A DNA stretch of 64,000 nucleotides. Origin: Iphione sp. A-MEVVRFRX5. Taxonomy: Eukaryota. The stretch is taken from assembly GCA_976226885.1 (NCBI GenBank), contig OZ320317.1, positions 77,810,001-77,874,000 of the forward strand, given 5' to 3'. Shown in pieces: positions 40,201 through 53,604 of the stretch. Made by a program: the position numbers and the translations under genes. The notes under the pieces are model-generated. The model was given only the letters and a program-made list of their open reading frames with translations. It had not been told where the DNA came from and ran no database searches. Numbering within the stretch: the stretch's first letter is position 1; each line of letters opens with the position of its first letter.

Positions 40201-41393
40201 GGATTAAATGACGAGAGAAAAACGAGGCACCCGTTGGGGAGGGAGAGGGAGGGAAAATAAATATGGCCCGGCGCGTCTGCCGGGGACGCGCGCGGAAGTA
40301 AATCTGATTGGTGGCTGAGGTCGAAGCTGGTTCCTCGCCGCGGCGGGGGATCAGCGACGCCGACGATAAATCAGCGCCGCTCAGCGGGCATTAAGTACAT
40401 TAGACTTTGCCGAAAACAGTAATTGGGCGCTGGTTAAAAATTCATCGGCGACCCCCTGCGACTACAGCCGCCTACCCCAGATTACCTACCTCTCGCGTTG
40501 TCTCGCGCCGACAACCCCCACCCCCTCGACGGTCGGCATTCTCTAGGTTTGGCATCACCCCCCCCACGTCCCTCCCGCTCTCTTCTCTCCCTTTAGATCG
40601 ACTCACCTTAGTCGTGACGCGCGTGCATGACAATCGCTCGTTGCGTCTTTGTGACGTGCTGGCAGGTTCATCTGCCTATCACCACCGTGTCCCACCCTCT
40701 CGCTCAACCCCCCCCCCCTTCTCCCCGCATCCTACCGGTCCGCCCACCCTCCCCCTAGCGGGCGGGCTGTGCGGGCCGCCCGTCGTCCGGTATAAGCAAA
40801 CCTTTCACGTCATAAACCCTGATCAGCTTCAAGAGAGGAGAGGCGGGCTGTAGCGTGGTCCTAATGCGTGCACTTGCAATCGGGGACAACAAGATTTGGC
40901 CGACGTGAGTAATGCGCGCTTTTAAGTCACCCGTCGCTTATGTGTAAGTCCCGCAATTACTGAGCGCGTCCTCGTATGTGTATGCGCGCGTACGTGTGAG
41001 TGTGCATGAGCACGTAACCATGTCAAAACAGAACAATACAACACAAAGGTTTTGGCCCCCTATTGTATCGTTCATTTCGGAGACAAAGAGCTCAAAGATC
41101 TACAAAGATAAAAAGTTTCGGATGATAAAAAGCGACCGTATGCCAAATTTACACTCACGTCTGTTAAACGGTATATAAAAGAGGAGGAAGCGGAAGCAAA
41201 AGTAAAGACACGCCCGCGGTAAGACATCCACCTTATCGATCAGAACGTCCTCTAGTGGCGTCTCTGGCGTTACCAGTGTATAGAGGGAGCCACCAGGCGC
41301 GCAGATAAGGATGACAAATGGCGGCTAGCGCGAGGACGCGCATTCGACAAAACGGACCTTTCCGAAAGATGCTTTGTTTTAGTGTTAGCTTCC

Positions 41394-41395
<2 letters not shown>

Positions 41396-41436
<41 letters not shown>
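41396..41436 (+). repeat. (AG)n microsatellite, ~20 units
   Basis: Read directly. Confidence 0.97.
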
Positions 41437-41439
<3 letters not shown>

Positions 41440-44400
41440 GAGAGACAGAAAGATGAAGACAGAGAGAGACAGGGATAGGGACACAAGGCAAGAGACAAGG
41501 AGAAGGTGAGGGACAGACAGAGGGCTAGAATGAGAGGTTAGGTAGACTTAAAATTGACCAAGCGGCCGATGAATACAGAAAGAAGTTGAATCGAATTGAC
41601 AAGTATGGAAACCAGGCGTAGTGAGTGTAGGCTGGCGGGTGGGAGCTTCAGAGCTTGATGGGCGCCTGTATGGTGGTTTGTAAGAGCGAGGTTGGGTGGG
41701 AGGGAAGGGCGTTAGCGGGCATGGAGCCGTAAGGATTGGGATTGATGTTGCGTAATAAACCTGTGACAATCGCAGTCCGGCTTACAAACGAGACGCCATT
41801 CATCACGCCTTATCACGGGCGTCTCCATCGGGCCGGCCGAACGCAGGATACGTCATAACGCGCGCGTGCGCAAATGGCAATTGATGACCTCCGCTACAAC
41901 TGCCATAAGTGAACCATTAACTGAGACCTTATCTCGCGAGGACGTGAATCACGGAAGCTGGAGTCCAAGCGAGGACATGGCGAACCTCATCCTTGGGGTA
42001 CATTTTGAATGGGAAGGATATGGGTGGGCGAGCTTAGGGACCAGAGGGCTGTGCTGGTAGCTATAGTTGGGGTAGGTAGTAGGGGAGACCCGTGTTGATC
42101 ACGATATGTCGCAGGACGAACGTGGGAGGACGAACGAGTCACAGATATTATCGTATAGTATGTCCTCTGCTCGCATCGCTAATGACGATGACATAGTGTC
42201 CCAGCCGTCCCCACCAGCTCCCTCCCCATTTCGACCTGATTACGTGAACCTGTCGAGCGAGCAGCTCGGCCCCCTTCATTAGTGTCCGCTCATCACCCAC
42301 AGGTCCCCCTCCCGCTGTCAGCCCGTCAACCCGGTACATGAACTGGTGTTCGGCCGTCCCCGTCCGAAATGACATAGGCCGCCCGTGGCTTACTTGCTGG
42401 CTCGCCGGTAACAAGCTATATATCTGCTAATGGCCGCGCCGGCGAGCCGACGGCCGGGGATAATATGATACTCTTAATGTGACACAATAGGCTCCATCGA
42501 CCTATATAAGGAGCCAAATGATGTAATATCATTTCATGGGCTGAGTCATTCTGTTCTAAATTCTTTCCATTCTTGATGGATGAGCTGACCCGTACCATGC
42601 ATCCGGTTCCCGGCCGGCCTCGTATCCTGTGCATTTCCGAAGTAAACCAGAGAGAATGTAGACGAACAACAGCGCCCCCTGACAATGGCCAAGCATGGCA
42701 TGTTGTGGTCGTGGAGCCTGTCATAACTGACTTTCTATAGTTTCTATGGACACAATAGGCTGCGGGCGGAGAGACAGGAGACCAGAGAGTGGGGGACGAA
42801 GATGGGTTAGGATGACATGGAATAGAGAGACCCAATAGGACACCGCCCATACTATGGCAATAACAATAAAGAATGTAGGTCTTCATAGAAGACAGGGGAG
42901 ATCGGGAGGTAGGAGGATGGGCCTGGCGTGACGTCATGCGATAGGATTTAGAGTATACCGCCGGGGTATGTCTTAAGGCTATACTGTAATTCTGTCATGT
43001 CCAAAATCATCTTTTCGTCCTATACCATTGGCTTTTCCTTGCTTTGATATTTTCCTCGTTTTGTGTAAGACCGAGACACTCTTTTTACTTTAACTTGCCA
43101 TGTGACACAACACCCCACTAAACGCCGACGAAAAGGTACCTACAGATCAAGAAGCTAAGAAGTCGAAACGTGAGGTATCGCTAAACCGAGAATTAACTTG
43201 TCTAGTCGCCAATGTTTAGACAACTGCTTACAATACCGCAATGTGGCAGGAACGATTTCCTTAAAAATGGATGCTCTTTCTTTTTCAACCTACACGAATC
43301 ATTCTTCATGATTCATAAGCATCGGGGTATTATCGTAGCATCTCATTGCGTGTTCGAACCATATGAGGGTTATGGTATTTTTTCTGTAACTACCCGAGAA
43401 GACAGCCCGTTCATGATGCTTCATGAAGAAACAGGTACCAACATTGATCGATGTATTTACCCAGACACAAAATCTAGTGAAGCACGCACAATGACAATTG
43501 GCAAAATATATGTAGACACATGGAAATACCGTTTCCTCGTATCAAAAATACTGTCCGCAGGATTCTAACCAGCATTATTACGCCAAGAAGCCGGTCAAAC
43601 TAGCTTCATATAGAATCTAACTGATCGCTGTGGAGAACGAAAGCAATTTCAGCATCGACCAATTATTGCTCTTGACCTTTGGGGACGTGGCGCTGGTAGC
43701 TGCTCAGAGTAAACGATCGCCATCAGTGCCCACATTCTCTTCATGGCTTCTGTAAAGAGGAAGTGTAGTTCGCTGTTGCTACAAGGCACTGTGGATTCTG
43801 GCGGCTTGATTTACAATGGCGCATTTCCAACATGCCTCTTCAGACGCCGAACTCTTTCTACACTTCGAACAGATCAGGCAATATACCAGAATAAAGTATT
43901 AGTCTGTAATACAGTTCTTATTCTCAAAGTGTCATTTTTGTGGGCTATGCCCCAGGTTTGTATGAAATGTGTGGAAGCCATCTTTTTTGTTGTAGCTGTG
44001 CGTCTTCTGGAACGTGGAAGTGAACAGGAGAGATGTGTGCAGTAATCGGTGTCATTATATTGAAGCAGTTACTCTAAGGATTCAACGTACGTGTAGTAGG
44101 TGTGTAGGTCCTGGCACTACCCAAACCCGTTTATGGCAGCAGTGCTAGATTGTACAGATTTATCTATTATGGAAGAAAGACAACGTTTTCAGTGTAATAG
44201 CGTTGGATCCGTATATCCTGGGCGGCCTCTTCACTTTTATTATTATTTTTTTTCGTTAACAACTTTTCCCACTAGCGTTTTCTCCACTACAAAGTTGAAA
44301 GATGAAAAATTTTCTTTCGTCGACCTTTACACGCTGTCATCTCCATCACGTGTACAAAGAGTCTCTTCTCCAATAACTCTGGCCAAAGCTCAAGCGACCA

Positions 44401-44963
44401 TCACATTACTTCAAATCCCCTGCAGCTTCAACCATACACCCCGTTGCGCAAGCCCCGAGGTAAATCTGTCCCAAACCTTAAGCCACATAGCATTAGCTCT
44501 ATCCCTGAGCCTGCAGCGCCAGCCATCCCCCCCCCCCCCGCCCCCGCCCCTTGGTACCACCCGAATATAACAATTCCCCATCCCAAAGGCTTGAACCGAC
44601 GAAAGCTTCCTCTCGGTGGCCCAGCCTCCAGAGGTGCCTGCCGACGCCAAACGTGAGCAATATGTCCTGATTAGGGGAGCAGCTCGGCTCTATACAACCC
44701 TCGCTTTTTTCCCGGCGCCGACAATCTGATCGACGCCAGGCCCTGCCGTTCTGATTACAGCCTGCACTGATTATCATCCTCATCAAATCAGCGGCCACCC
44801 AAGCCGATCAGCCAACATCCCGCACCGATCCGCTCCCCCCCGAATACCTCCCCCTGTGGACTAATGGTCCCCCAGATGCTATCCCAAGGCCTGTACAGAG
44901 AGCTTCATTATATAACTGCTCGTGCTTATGCGGTTCCCTCCTGTCGTCGTCTAGTGTGCCGTT

Positions 44964-45221
44964 GTGTGTGGCATTCCACAGTTAACGAGAGATGTATATG
45001 GGACGGAATGGCTCACATGTCATTATGAACAGAGCAAAGAGGAGATTGAACGTCTCCAGCTAACGGCAGGGAAGTGTATTCATCATGAGCTCAAACGACG
45101 ATTAAACAAAAAGTCGACGGAAATGATCCTTCGTGATCTTGATCTATCCTGAAATAATGAATATTTACTGACAAACAGAAAAAAGAAATTACACCTAAAA
45201 ATATTGTATTGTGATTTTTGA
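44964..45221 (+). pseudogene. Degenerate LINE RT C-terminal fragment
   Basis: One frame reads CGIPQLTRDVYGTEWL...EIERLQLTAGKCI...STEMILRDLDLS*NNEYLLTNRKKKLHLKILYCDF*. This follows the P.L.YG.E.W / LERLQ.AA..I / S...L.DL...L..RR...L..LY pattern of L2/CR1-group RT C-termini, with one internal stop. Confidence 0.5.
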
Positions 45222-45657
45222 CAGCTTCAATTATCAATTTTAGAGAAATCCACTTAAAAGTAAAGGGGATAAGATAAGCACCCACATATGAACAGCTTAT
45301 TGAAGCCACAGAAATGTGACACAAGATCCGTATACTTAATTCTGGCTAAGAGAGGACTAATCCTCAGATGACTAAACGAAGCTATGCGTAGAGACCGCCT
45401 CATGTTACTGTCGCATATCAGTCTTAGGCGACAACGTTGTGAACATCAGCAAAATATATTCATGAGTACAGATCGTATCTCGAGGCTACTGAAACGAAAG
45501 CATGCGCAGAACATATTTACGATTTGTCTCACATTCATGAGGGTAAGGCATAAAGAAGGATCAGGTACAGATCATAATACCTAAAAAAACGCTGATTGAA
45601 AGATCCACTTCCCCCTAAGTCGTCTCAATTTCCTAGAGGTGAAAGTAGAGAGAGATT

Positions 45658-45789
45658 NNNNNNNNNNNNNNNNNNNNNNNNNNNNNNNNNNNNNNNNNNN
45701 NNNNNNNNNNNNNNNNNNNNNNNNNNNNNNNNNNNNNNNNNNNNNNNNNNNNNNNNNNNNNNNNNNNNNNNNNNNNNNNNNNNNNNNNN
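45658..45789. other. Assembly gap (132 N)
   Basis: Run of N. Confidence 1.
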
Positions 45790-48700
45790 ATGATAGCCAA
45801 TTTAGTGAAGCAAAACTTTTCGCAGTGTCCTATAGGACGTCAGTGCCTAGTTTGTCTGTCTGTGCTCGCCTTGCCTCATCAGGCGCCGATGCTGTGCGTC
45901 TGCCTGGACGTCTGTCTCGATAGGCAGCCTTGCCTGTCATCATCACCCACCACTCGAGCCGCTCGCCAAGGGTATATATATGTGGGGTGGGGTTTATATG
46001 ATGGCCCAGCGTATGGGGATCTAATTCGCCTGACAGGTTGTAATTTGCATTACCTAATTATCCCATTGTCATCCCCTTCCACCACACTCTCATCATCGTC
46101 GCCGTCGCCGCGCGCCATTGTGGACGACTAATTAGATCGGTCGCTCATTTTCAGCCCACCGCCTGGCGGCCATTAGCGGCAGTTATGTCGACGTTGGGGG
46201 CTAGGGGGCGCCACGTGTGGAGAACGTCATCTTGGCCAGGTTGAGGCAGTCCGACGGGCTGGTAGACCGTCTGGGAGTTTGGGAGCTAAAAGAGAGCAGC
46301 TCATCCGATATAGTGAGTGAGTGCTTGGGATATGAGCGGGGCGGTAGACGGGAGATGGCTGTGGGACAAGCTGCTCGTGGGAAGAACTAGGAGGCCGTGG
46401 GGACTGATCGTTGGGGGGGTCCTTCCGACAGTCTCCCAGTAGTTCTCCCTTTTTTATGCTTCCTGGCATGAAAGTAAGCAGATCGCCATAATAGCGGGGA
46501 GTACTCCTTCCAGCAACGCCCCTCGCGGCGGAGGCGAGTAATTAAACAACTCGGGGTGTGGATTACATCGTATTAAAAATCGGCCAAAACAGCTCTGAAG
46601 TATAATGGGAGGCAGCATGAGTAGACAATCAGTCGGATGAGGAAGCGAAAAAAAACGAAGGACAGTCTGTATATGACAACCACAGCCTCGCCCATAAAGA
46701 AGACGCGGCCTGTTTGAACGTAGAGAATGATGGATTAGTCGTTCAATAATATAGCATTAATTTCATGATTTTGCTTTTCAACATCTTTTTTTTCCTGACA
46801 ATGTTTAAAAAAAAACGGATGTCGTTTCAGTTTTGCATTTGGCTACTCGCTCTCTTTTTTCCTAGTACATTTACATACAACACAGACGCCACATATTTAT
46901 ATTGATTTAAAATAACGTGGACAATGTGGTGACCATTTTCACTGTCCACATGCAAGGGCTAAATACACATGAAGAGGCATTGTGGTACAGGATCCGCTGA
47001 AAAGTCTACATCCTATAAAAATGTTATTACAGCATGAATGAGTAGGTAGCGTGAGCTATTTCATAGAAAGATTACTGCAGCTTTAAGGGCTCTCTAACAC
47101 CGACATAAATACAACATGGGTGGCTTCATTAGCTCGTAGGTTATGGAGTCATAAATATTCCCGTTCTCGAAGGTAATAAAGAGGAATGTGAGACTTCTTC
47201 ATGTTTATAAGGGTAGGAAAAGTGTTGAAAACCCGTGGCATATTGTTTCCAATTTCAACTTGCACATTTTTTAATTCCCATCTTCAGTAATAGCCCATAA
47301 ACCGTTGTATCACATAGGGAGGCTTGATTGGTTGTAGATTTCTCAGCACTCGCCAGTGGTAGCTGTCTCTTCTTGCAGACAGGGCCCACGGACGTCCAAG
47401 GGCCCGCGGGGAGGGGGGGAGGGGAGGAGGGAACGACCGGGTGGTCGAGGGAAACGGCGGCCGGCGCAGCAAGACCGGACGACCGGAGCAAGACGGATCT
47501 TCAATCGCGTTCTTGTCTGCCGCGGAAATGAAGCCTGATCCGCAGCGATCCCGTTTAGACGAGATCGACAATCACAACGTGACGCGAAATCCTGCCCGTC
47601 GCATCCATCTTAGGCACCATCGGGGACTCCTGCTGGCCAAGGGGCTCTGGACACAGGCTTTGTACAGCGGCGATTTTGTAGGATGGCTCGTTGGGGTTGG
47701 GGGGCGGGGGCGATATCACAGTAGTTCGATAGGTTGTCCGAGAAAGGTGTGGTCGATACCTCGTGGGGGAGATTTTTAAGGATCTTGTGCTTAAATAAAC
47801 TATCAACGACCGCCTCACGGACAAAAACAATGCCGATGGAAAAACGCCCGAGGGCTCAAAAAACGAAGCAATTTATATTGATTTTCACGACGTTTCACAC
47901 GGACGAAAAAGCTAAGCGATTCCGCGGCCCATTAAGTAGGCTCGGACAGGCGATCAGGTTAAATGTTAATAGAAAGGAATACAGTGATTAATGAAGGAAC
48001 GAACAATGGAATGTCAACATGTACCGTCTCCTACGAAATGTTTTTTTTTATCGCCCACCTCCTTACAAGCAACGTAAATCATATGGAAATAGGACACTGT
48101 TCAACTGAGATGACTCAGTCAGTTAAATCTTCAATTACTAGCAAACTTCGCGCAGTTTACAATTACCGTCAATAACGGCTGGCTTCCGGTTCTGGAGGAC
48201 TGCTTGTAACCGTTGAGAGGTCTCTGCGAAAGTGCCACTTTGGAAGGTACCAGCGGCCCAGTAGTCATTCTCAGCATCCAATAGAGCTGCCAGATGAGGA
48301 TTGGGACGTGGCTAGTAGACCCACGGAGGCAAGATGGCTGGTGGGTGGGCGCGACCTGCTCGTGTACATAGACCTAGTCGGGGGGACTCGAGTGTTGTCA
48401 GCGTGGGTGGGACAGACCGCACAAACGAGCCGTAAGAAGAGCTGGGTATATCAGAAAGACGAGCAGCTCCTGAGGCGACGATGAGTCACTCACCAGGTTT
48501 GCTCAGAACAGAGTTGGACAAGTGAATACGTAGGGGTTGGGTTTCCTGTCTCATTTACATTGGTCATCTCAGGACTATAGAACGGAGTTTAATTCCCTGC
48601 TTCTCTGGAAAAAGTCGCCTGTGGTTTCCATCACAGGAGGTTAGTGAATTACCGACGAAATGAATGGTTCTCATTTACCAGAAAAGCGCGAGGACCTTAC

Positions 48701-49702
48701 AGAGAAAATCCTTACAATATTTTGGTCACTAAAAATTTCGATATAACAAAGACCATTGTCTTTCTTTGGGTATCTGTTCTGCATAAATCGGCGTTAAGTA
48801 ATTAGAAATAAAACATTATTATTGTTCTCTCCTTGTCAGGAAAATACACATTTGCTTTAGAAAACTTAATGGGAAAGACCATGAACATTTTCTTCCTTGC
48901 AACAAGCCATAGTGCTCTGAAAACGGCATGGCCCGTTCTTAAAATAAAGAACAGGTCTTGTTTTATAGACGTTATATAAGAACTATCTCGCATCTCCCCT
49001 TGTAATGCGACACTCACACTATTCAATGAGTGGGCAGCATTTTACCATTCACATAAAATATCCGGTGGCAGGTTTAACGTGTCTCTCTCTTTGCATCGTC
49101 GTTGTTTGCATTTTAATATTGTTGCTTTCTTTCTTTTCTTCCTTTTCTTAATACCACGGATTTTTTTACTCGAGGTTTCTTTCCTTAGTGGCTTCCTTCT
49201 CTCCGTTCCACTCTCCTAATGTTCCTCTATCATGGGCAAGAGAAAAAGCAATTACACGTAGAATCCACTTAGCGGAAGGAATTAACATGCCGTTCGGCCC
49301 CCTGCACCACCCGGACCTGGCTGCCGGGCCCTATTTGCTCAGCGCTGCGGCCAGGGGTGCAGCGAGTGGCTCGGAGCGCCTCAAGGTAAGCACGAGGCGA
49401 GTTAATCACCTTTTAAGTGGACCGAGCACGGCGGCCTAATGAACCCTTCCCAGAGCGGCCAGTCGTTGCGGCGGAGACGTACGAAGAGACAGGCTGCCTG
49501 CCCGGGAGAGACGTTTGCTAGCTACTGGACTCGTACCACTCATCTAGGACGTTTGAGAAGATCTGCTCTCCAATTGGAATCTGGCATCGGGCACTGCCGC
49601 TCATTTTGGTGGTTCACCCGACCTCTCCCGTTCTGTCATCCTAACTGCCACTTCCTCAGCGTCAGGTGCAGAGAAGGCCTGTTTTGAGGAATCCAGTGTT
49701 TT

Positions 49703-50008
49703 AGGAGGGGATGTGTTGAGCAAACAAGGCGCCCAGCCAATAAGAGGCGGTCCCCTCTCCCCAACAGTCTGGCCGCGAGGTGCTCATCGAGCAGAACACG
49801 AACTGCTCGCGCCTCTGAACGAAATGGCGGGGTAATTAAGGTCGTCACCAGCTGGAGCCACTCCTCTCGTACCCCGGGGAAACGGGGACAGTGCGGCCTA
49901 CTGTTCAGAGAAGCTTTGTCATAACAAAAACCTGTCCCCAGGGGTTGCTTAGCCATTGGGCTATGCGATGCTCTATATTGATATCCTTGCAATAAACGCA
50001 CTATAACA
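49703..50008 (+). mobile_element. Possible short 3' LTR preceded by a polypurine tract
   Basis: tttgaggaatccagtgttttaggagggga|TGT junction, CCAAT box near the start, AATAAA at 49991-49996, end TATAACA at 50008. No partner LTR. Confidence 0.28.
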
Positions 50009-50093
50009 TTGCATATATATAAAGGGACGGAGTGCCTGATTTATATTTCCTCCTTTCAGGTATATATAGAAGGAATTACATCATTTGTTCACC

Positions 50094-50175
50094 GTGTATG
50101 AACGCATATATGTATGTATGTATTCATGTAGACGCATCCATGAATGTAGGTATGTACATATATGTATATATGTTT
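50094..50175 (+). repeat. Degenerate (TATG)n low-complexity tract
   Basis: gtgtatgaacgcatatatgtatgtatgtattcatgt...gtatgtacatatatgtatatatg. Confidence 0.7.
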
Positions 50176-53100
50176 GCGTGTTTTTACGTATCAAATCTAG
50201 CTCCCCTGAACTATGCTGGAAAATGAATACATGAATGTTTTAATTTACGTGAATGTCGTAATAAGTTTTTCCCTTCATTGCTAAGAAGCGAGGGTCCTTG
50301 TGTATGTTGTTTAAAAATGACCTGCCTTAGTCAAAGTAACAATTTCATATACTACTCTCCGCGTCACCTCACAAGACGTAGTATAACAGAGTGGACAGAG
50401 GATGCACATTGACATAACGGATGGAGAAGAATCGGTGTAGGGAAGTAAAGAGTAGCCGACAGAGAAAGAGAAAATAAAGCGAGTAATCACCCTTTGGTGG
50501 ACATGAGCTCCCCCGGGAAGCCATCTGTGTGATGTTTCTCGGAGAGGATGGTCCACAATAGCGCTGAGTCCCTCCACAATTGATCACAACTAGCTGCAGG
50601 TTCTCCTAGCCACCTCCTGGCAGGCCCAATATTCCCTCCTAGCAAACCTCCCTACTGTTCCCGCCCACTGCCCTTAATACCAAGGCCGGCCGCAGGCAGC
50701 GGTAGACAGGGAAAGACCGGGACATACGTGGGAGGTCCACTTGCAATCAAGTCCCTTTGGCATCAGATCTCTCAGCCGCCAGCCAGCGCTTCGCACTCCT
50801 TCTCTTTGGCAGTCCTCACTGTAAGCGCCACTTTACTCAGGAATAAATAACAAGATATTGTTGGAATGAAGCATCAATGAGGATGGGAGGTGGGGGGCGG
50901 ATAGGAAATACAACAGGCAGCATTTGGATAGCCGATTAACATACACATGACTATGTGTATTGATAGGTGTCTTCTTATACGTACTGTATATCACCCGAGA
51001 CCCCAAAGGACTGTCCGATGATGCGAACGGAACGCTAACGTACTTCTACTCGTATCCCTGATAGATAGTTGAAGTAAATCACGTTAAAGGTGGCGGGTGG
51101 AAAGTGATAAATATAGACAGCAAAAGACTTTGCTAGCGAGAGAGGTCCATAATTCATTGTAACTTTGACAGGAACAAGTCCAATTTACGTCTGGCGGAGG
51201 CCTGTGCCCGGTTTTTTTGGTTAAAAGCAAATTAACTTCGTGTCTAGTAGAGACAAGTCCATTGTAACTGTGATCGAGACAAAGATAAAACTGAGTGCAA
51301 CTGATCGAATCACGAGGCTGGGGCCCAGCTGAGGGTCTAACGTCCCGAAGTAACAAGTAACCGGAGTCCATTAGTTACCAGTAAACACCATTTGCTTGCT
51401 CTCGCCCCCTCCCCCCCAGCCTTCCTCCATGCTTTACCCCGCTGTTGTTCACAGTAACCGCCGGGCTACCATCCGAAATCCATTTTGGTGAGGCTTTTGC
51501 CGCCAGCCGTTCGCCGACTGGTGGTACACCCTGGATGACCTCCTCCCAGTCTCCACATGCCTCCCACCCCCTGTACGAGGGAGCAGGCAACTTGCTTGGC
51601 TACGCTCGCACACATACACTAAGGGACACACACGATCGCACCCACATAAAAAACACACATGGAAGGACACGCCTGACCTTGCTTCAATATACAAGATGGG
51701 GAGGCATTCGGTGCCTAGATGACGTCACATTTAGCGGTCAATGGTTTCTCCCGCCCCCAGTCCTCATACTAAGCCACGTCTTCTCTGTCCATGTCCCAAA
51801 ATGTTCTCTCCTAATTTTGCTCATCAGTGCTTTGCCTTCCCTGGCATCCCCTCTTTCCCCTCAACCCGTCTCATCCCATTGGTTACTTCCTCCCAAACAT
51901 GGCAGCACAGTTCCCCAAGGATGGTTTCTTCCCGGTACTGGGCGCGGCAAAAGCGAGGTGGCCGAGGGGAGGGGGGGAGGTAGGGAGGGCGATCGGCTAA
52001 TTCCTAATCAGCAGCGGATTATCCGGAGCAAAAGGGGCGCTGGATTAATAGTAAGACGCGGGCATGGGGAGGGGGTGGGGGCCGCGGGGCTGTGTCCCTT
52101 GCATGATGGATAGTCACGACAGCGGGCGCCTCCTTCGAAATCATATAAATCACCGCCAGCATGGCCACTCTACGTCCGCGCACGCACCCTGCCGGCCGCC
52201 GTCTGAAAGACCAAGGGAGTGGAACAATATGGCGCCGGTTTTCGATCAAGATTAAGCGGAAATACCCGGTAATCTGCCTTGCGTGGGTAAAATTCGGCCT
52301 ACAAATTTATGGCCTTTGTGGCTGGTTCTGTCCGCGATGCAGGTCGGAATAAATGATCCATTGTGGACTATTGAGGAGGGAAAAGGAGAGAAAATCTCGC
52401 ACATTCAGCGAGCCTCGAAAGATGGAGAGACGAGTAATGAACTGGGAATTATTCACTAGTTAGTACCTTGCGTAGTGTATTTGGTACGTTCCCGGTCCAG
52501 TTAGACACCCCGTGTTAATTGCAAAAAAATGGGCAAGAGAAAGTGCCTGGGCGGACAAAAGACAAGGGATGCTTATCAATTTCTACAGACCCAATCTCAC
52601 TTAAAGATCCATGGTGGAGCAGAACGAAGTGTCTATTGAGTTCCAGGGAAGAGAATCGCCTACCAAATAGCCAGGGTGTGGTTCACTGCACACTAACACT
52701 GACATGGGCAATTGGTGCAATAACGATATCCAGCCAGGGGCACTTCAGTAAAACCCCTAACGCTCCTGGTCAACTCGTGCAGGCTGGGCCTTGACACTGG
52801 CCGACACGATGGTCAATCTCGAGAGGGCACTAAACGTTAGAAGCTAAGCTTCATCCGAGTGCCTCCAACTGTCAAAGAGCGGCCGGAATCGGAAGCATCC
52901 GGTCCATGGGATTTTAGTACGGAGGGGAGGGGCGCTGGAGTTAGAGGGGGCGGAGAGGGGCGGATTGTCGGTCAATAACTGCCCTTGGGCGTGTCGTAAC
53001 GTGCGCCGTGCTGGTTTCATAACTGGCCTCTGACCGTTCCTCTAGCACCTTATTCCCACTCTTGCTCATACTGAGTGTCCACCCACTCGCATCCCTCCAG

Positions 53101-53541
53101 GGGCTTGTTACGGCGGGGGGGTATAAGGTGGGGAGCAGGCGGAGGTTGTCGCCGCATCGACCGCCCGATCGCCCCGTTCACAAAGGGACGGCCATCGTCG
53201 GGTCTGGCGCGCTTCCGCCCGTAGGGTTAGTGTAGTGAAAGGCGTCGGTAATGACCGGAAGGTATTGACCATGTCTTTGTGTTGATGTGGTCATTGGCGG
53301 AACGATTGTAAATCCGCCTGCCGGCTGAAGCGCTCTCAATAGCTTTCGTCGCTGCTTTCATTCGTCTCTCCTCCACTTCATGCATCTCCACCTCAATATT
53401 TGTGAGTGGCCGAGTCTCCTTTAACAGTGGAGTCCCTTCAAGTCTTCCTCCCTTTTGTTCTCCAATCTGTCCTATTGTTCGTTCCTTTATATTTCTACCC
53501 TCCTTCATTCACTTAACTCCACTCTGTCAATATTGTTCCTA

Positions 53542-53543
53542 TC

Positions 53544-53594
<51 letters not shown>
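53542..53594 (+). repeat. (CT)n microsatellite, ~26 units with one interruption
   Basis: Read directly. Confidence 0.97.

Positions 53595-53604
<10 letters not shown>

Noticed and set aside
48176-48484. 102-codon open frame without ATG, in frame with ORF 47963-48175
   Set aside because: No splice acceptor, no motif, and statistically unremarkable.
51445-52113. Longest non-RT ORF (222 aa)
   Set aside because: Low-complexity translation of GC-rich and microsatellite sequence, TTG start, no domain.
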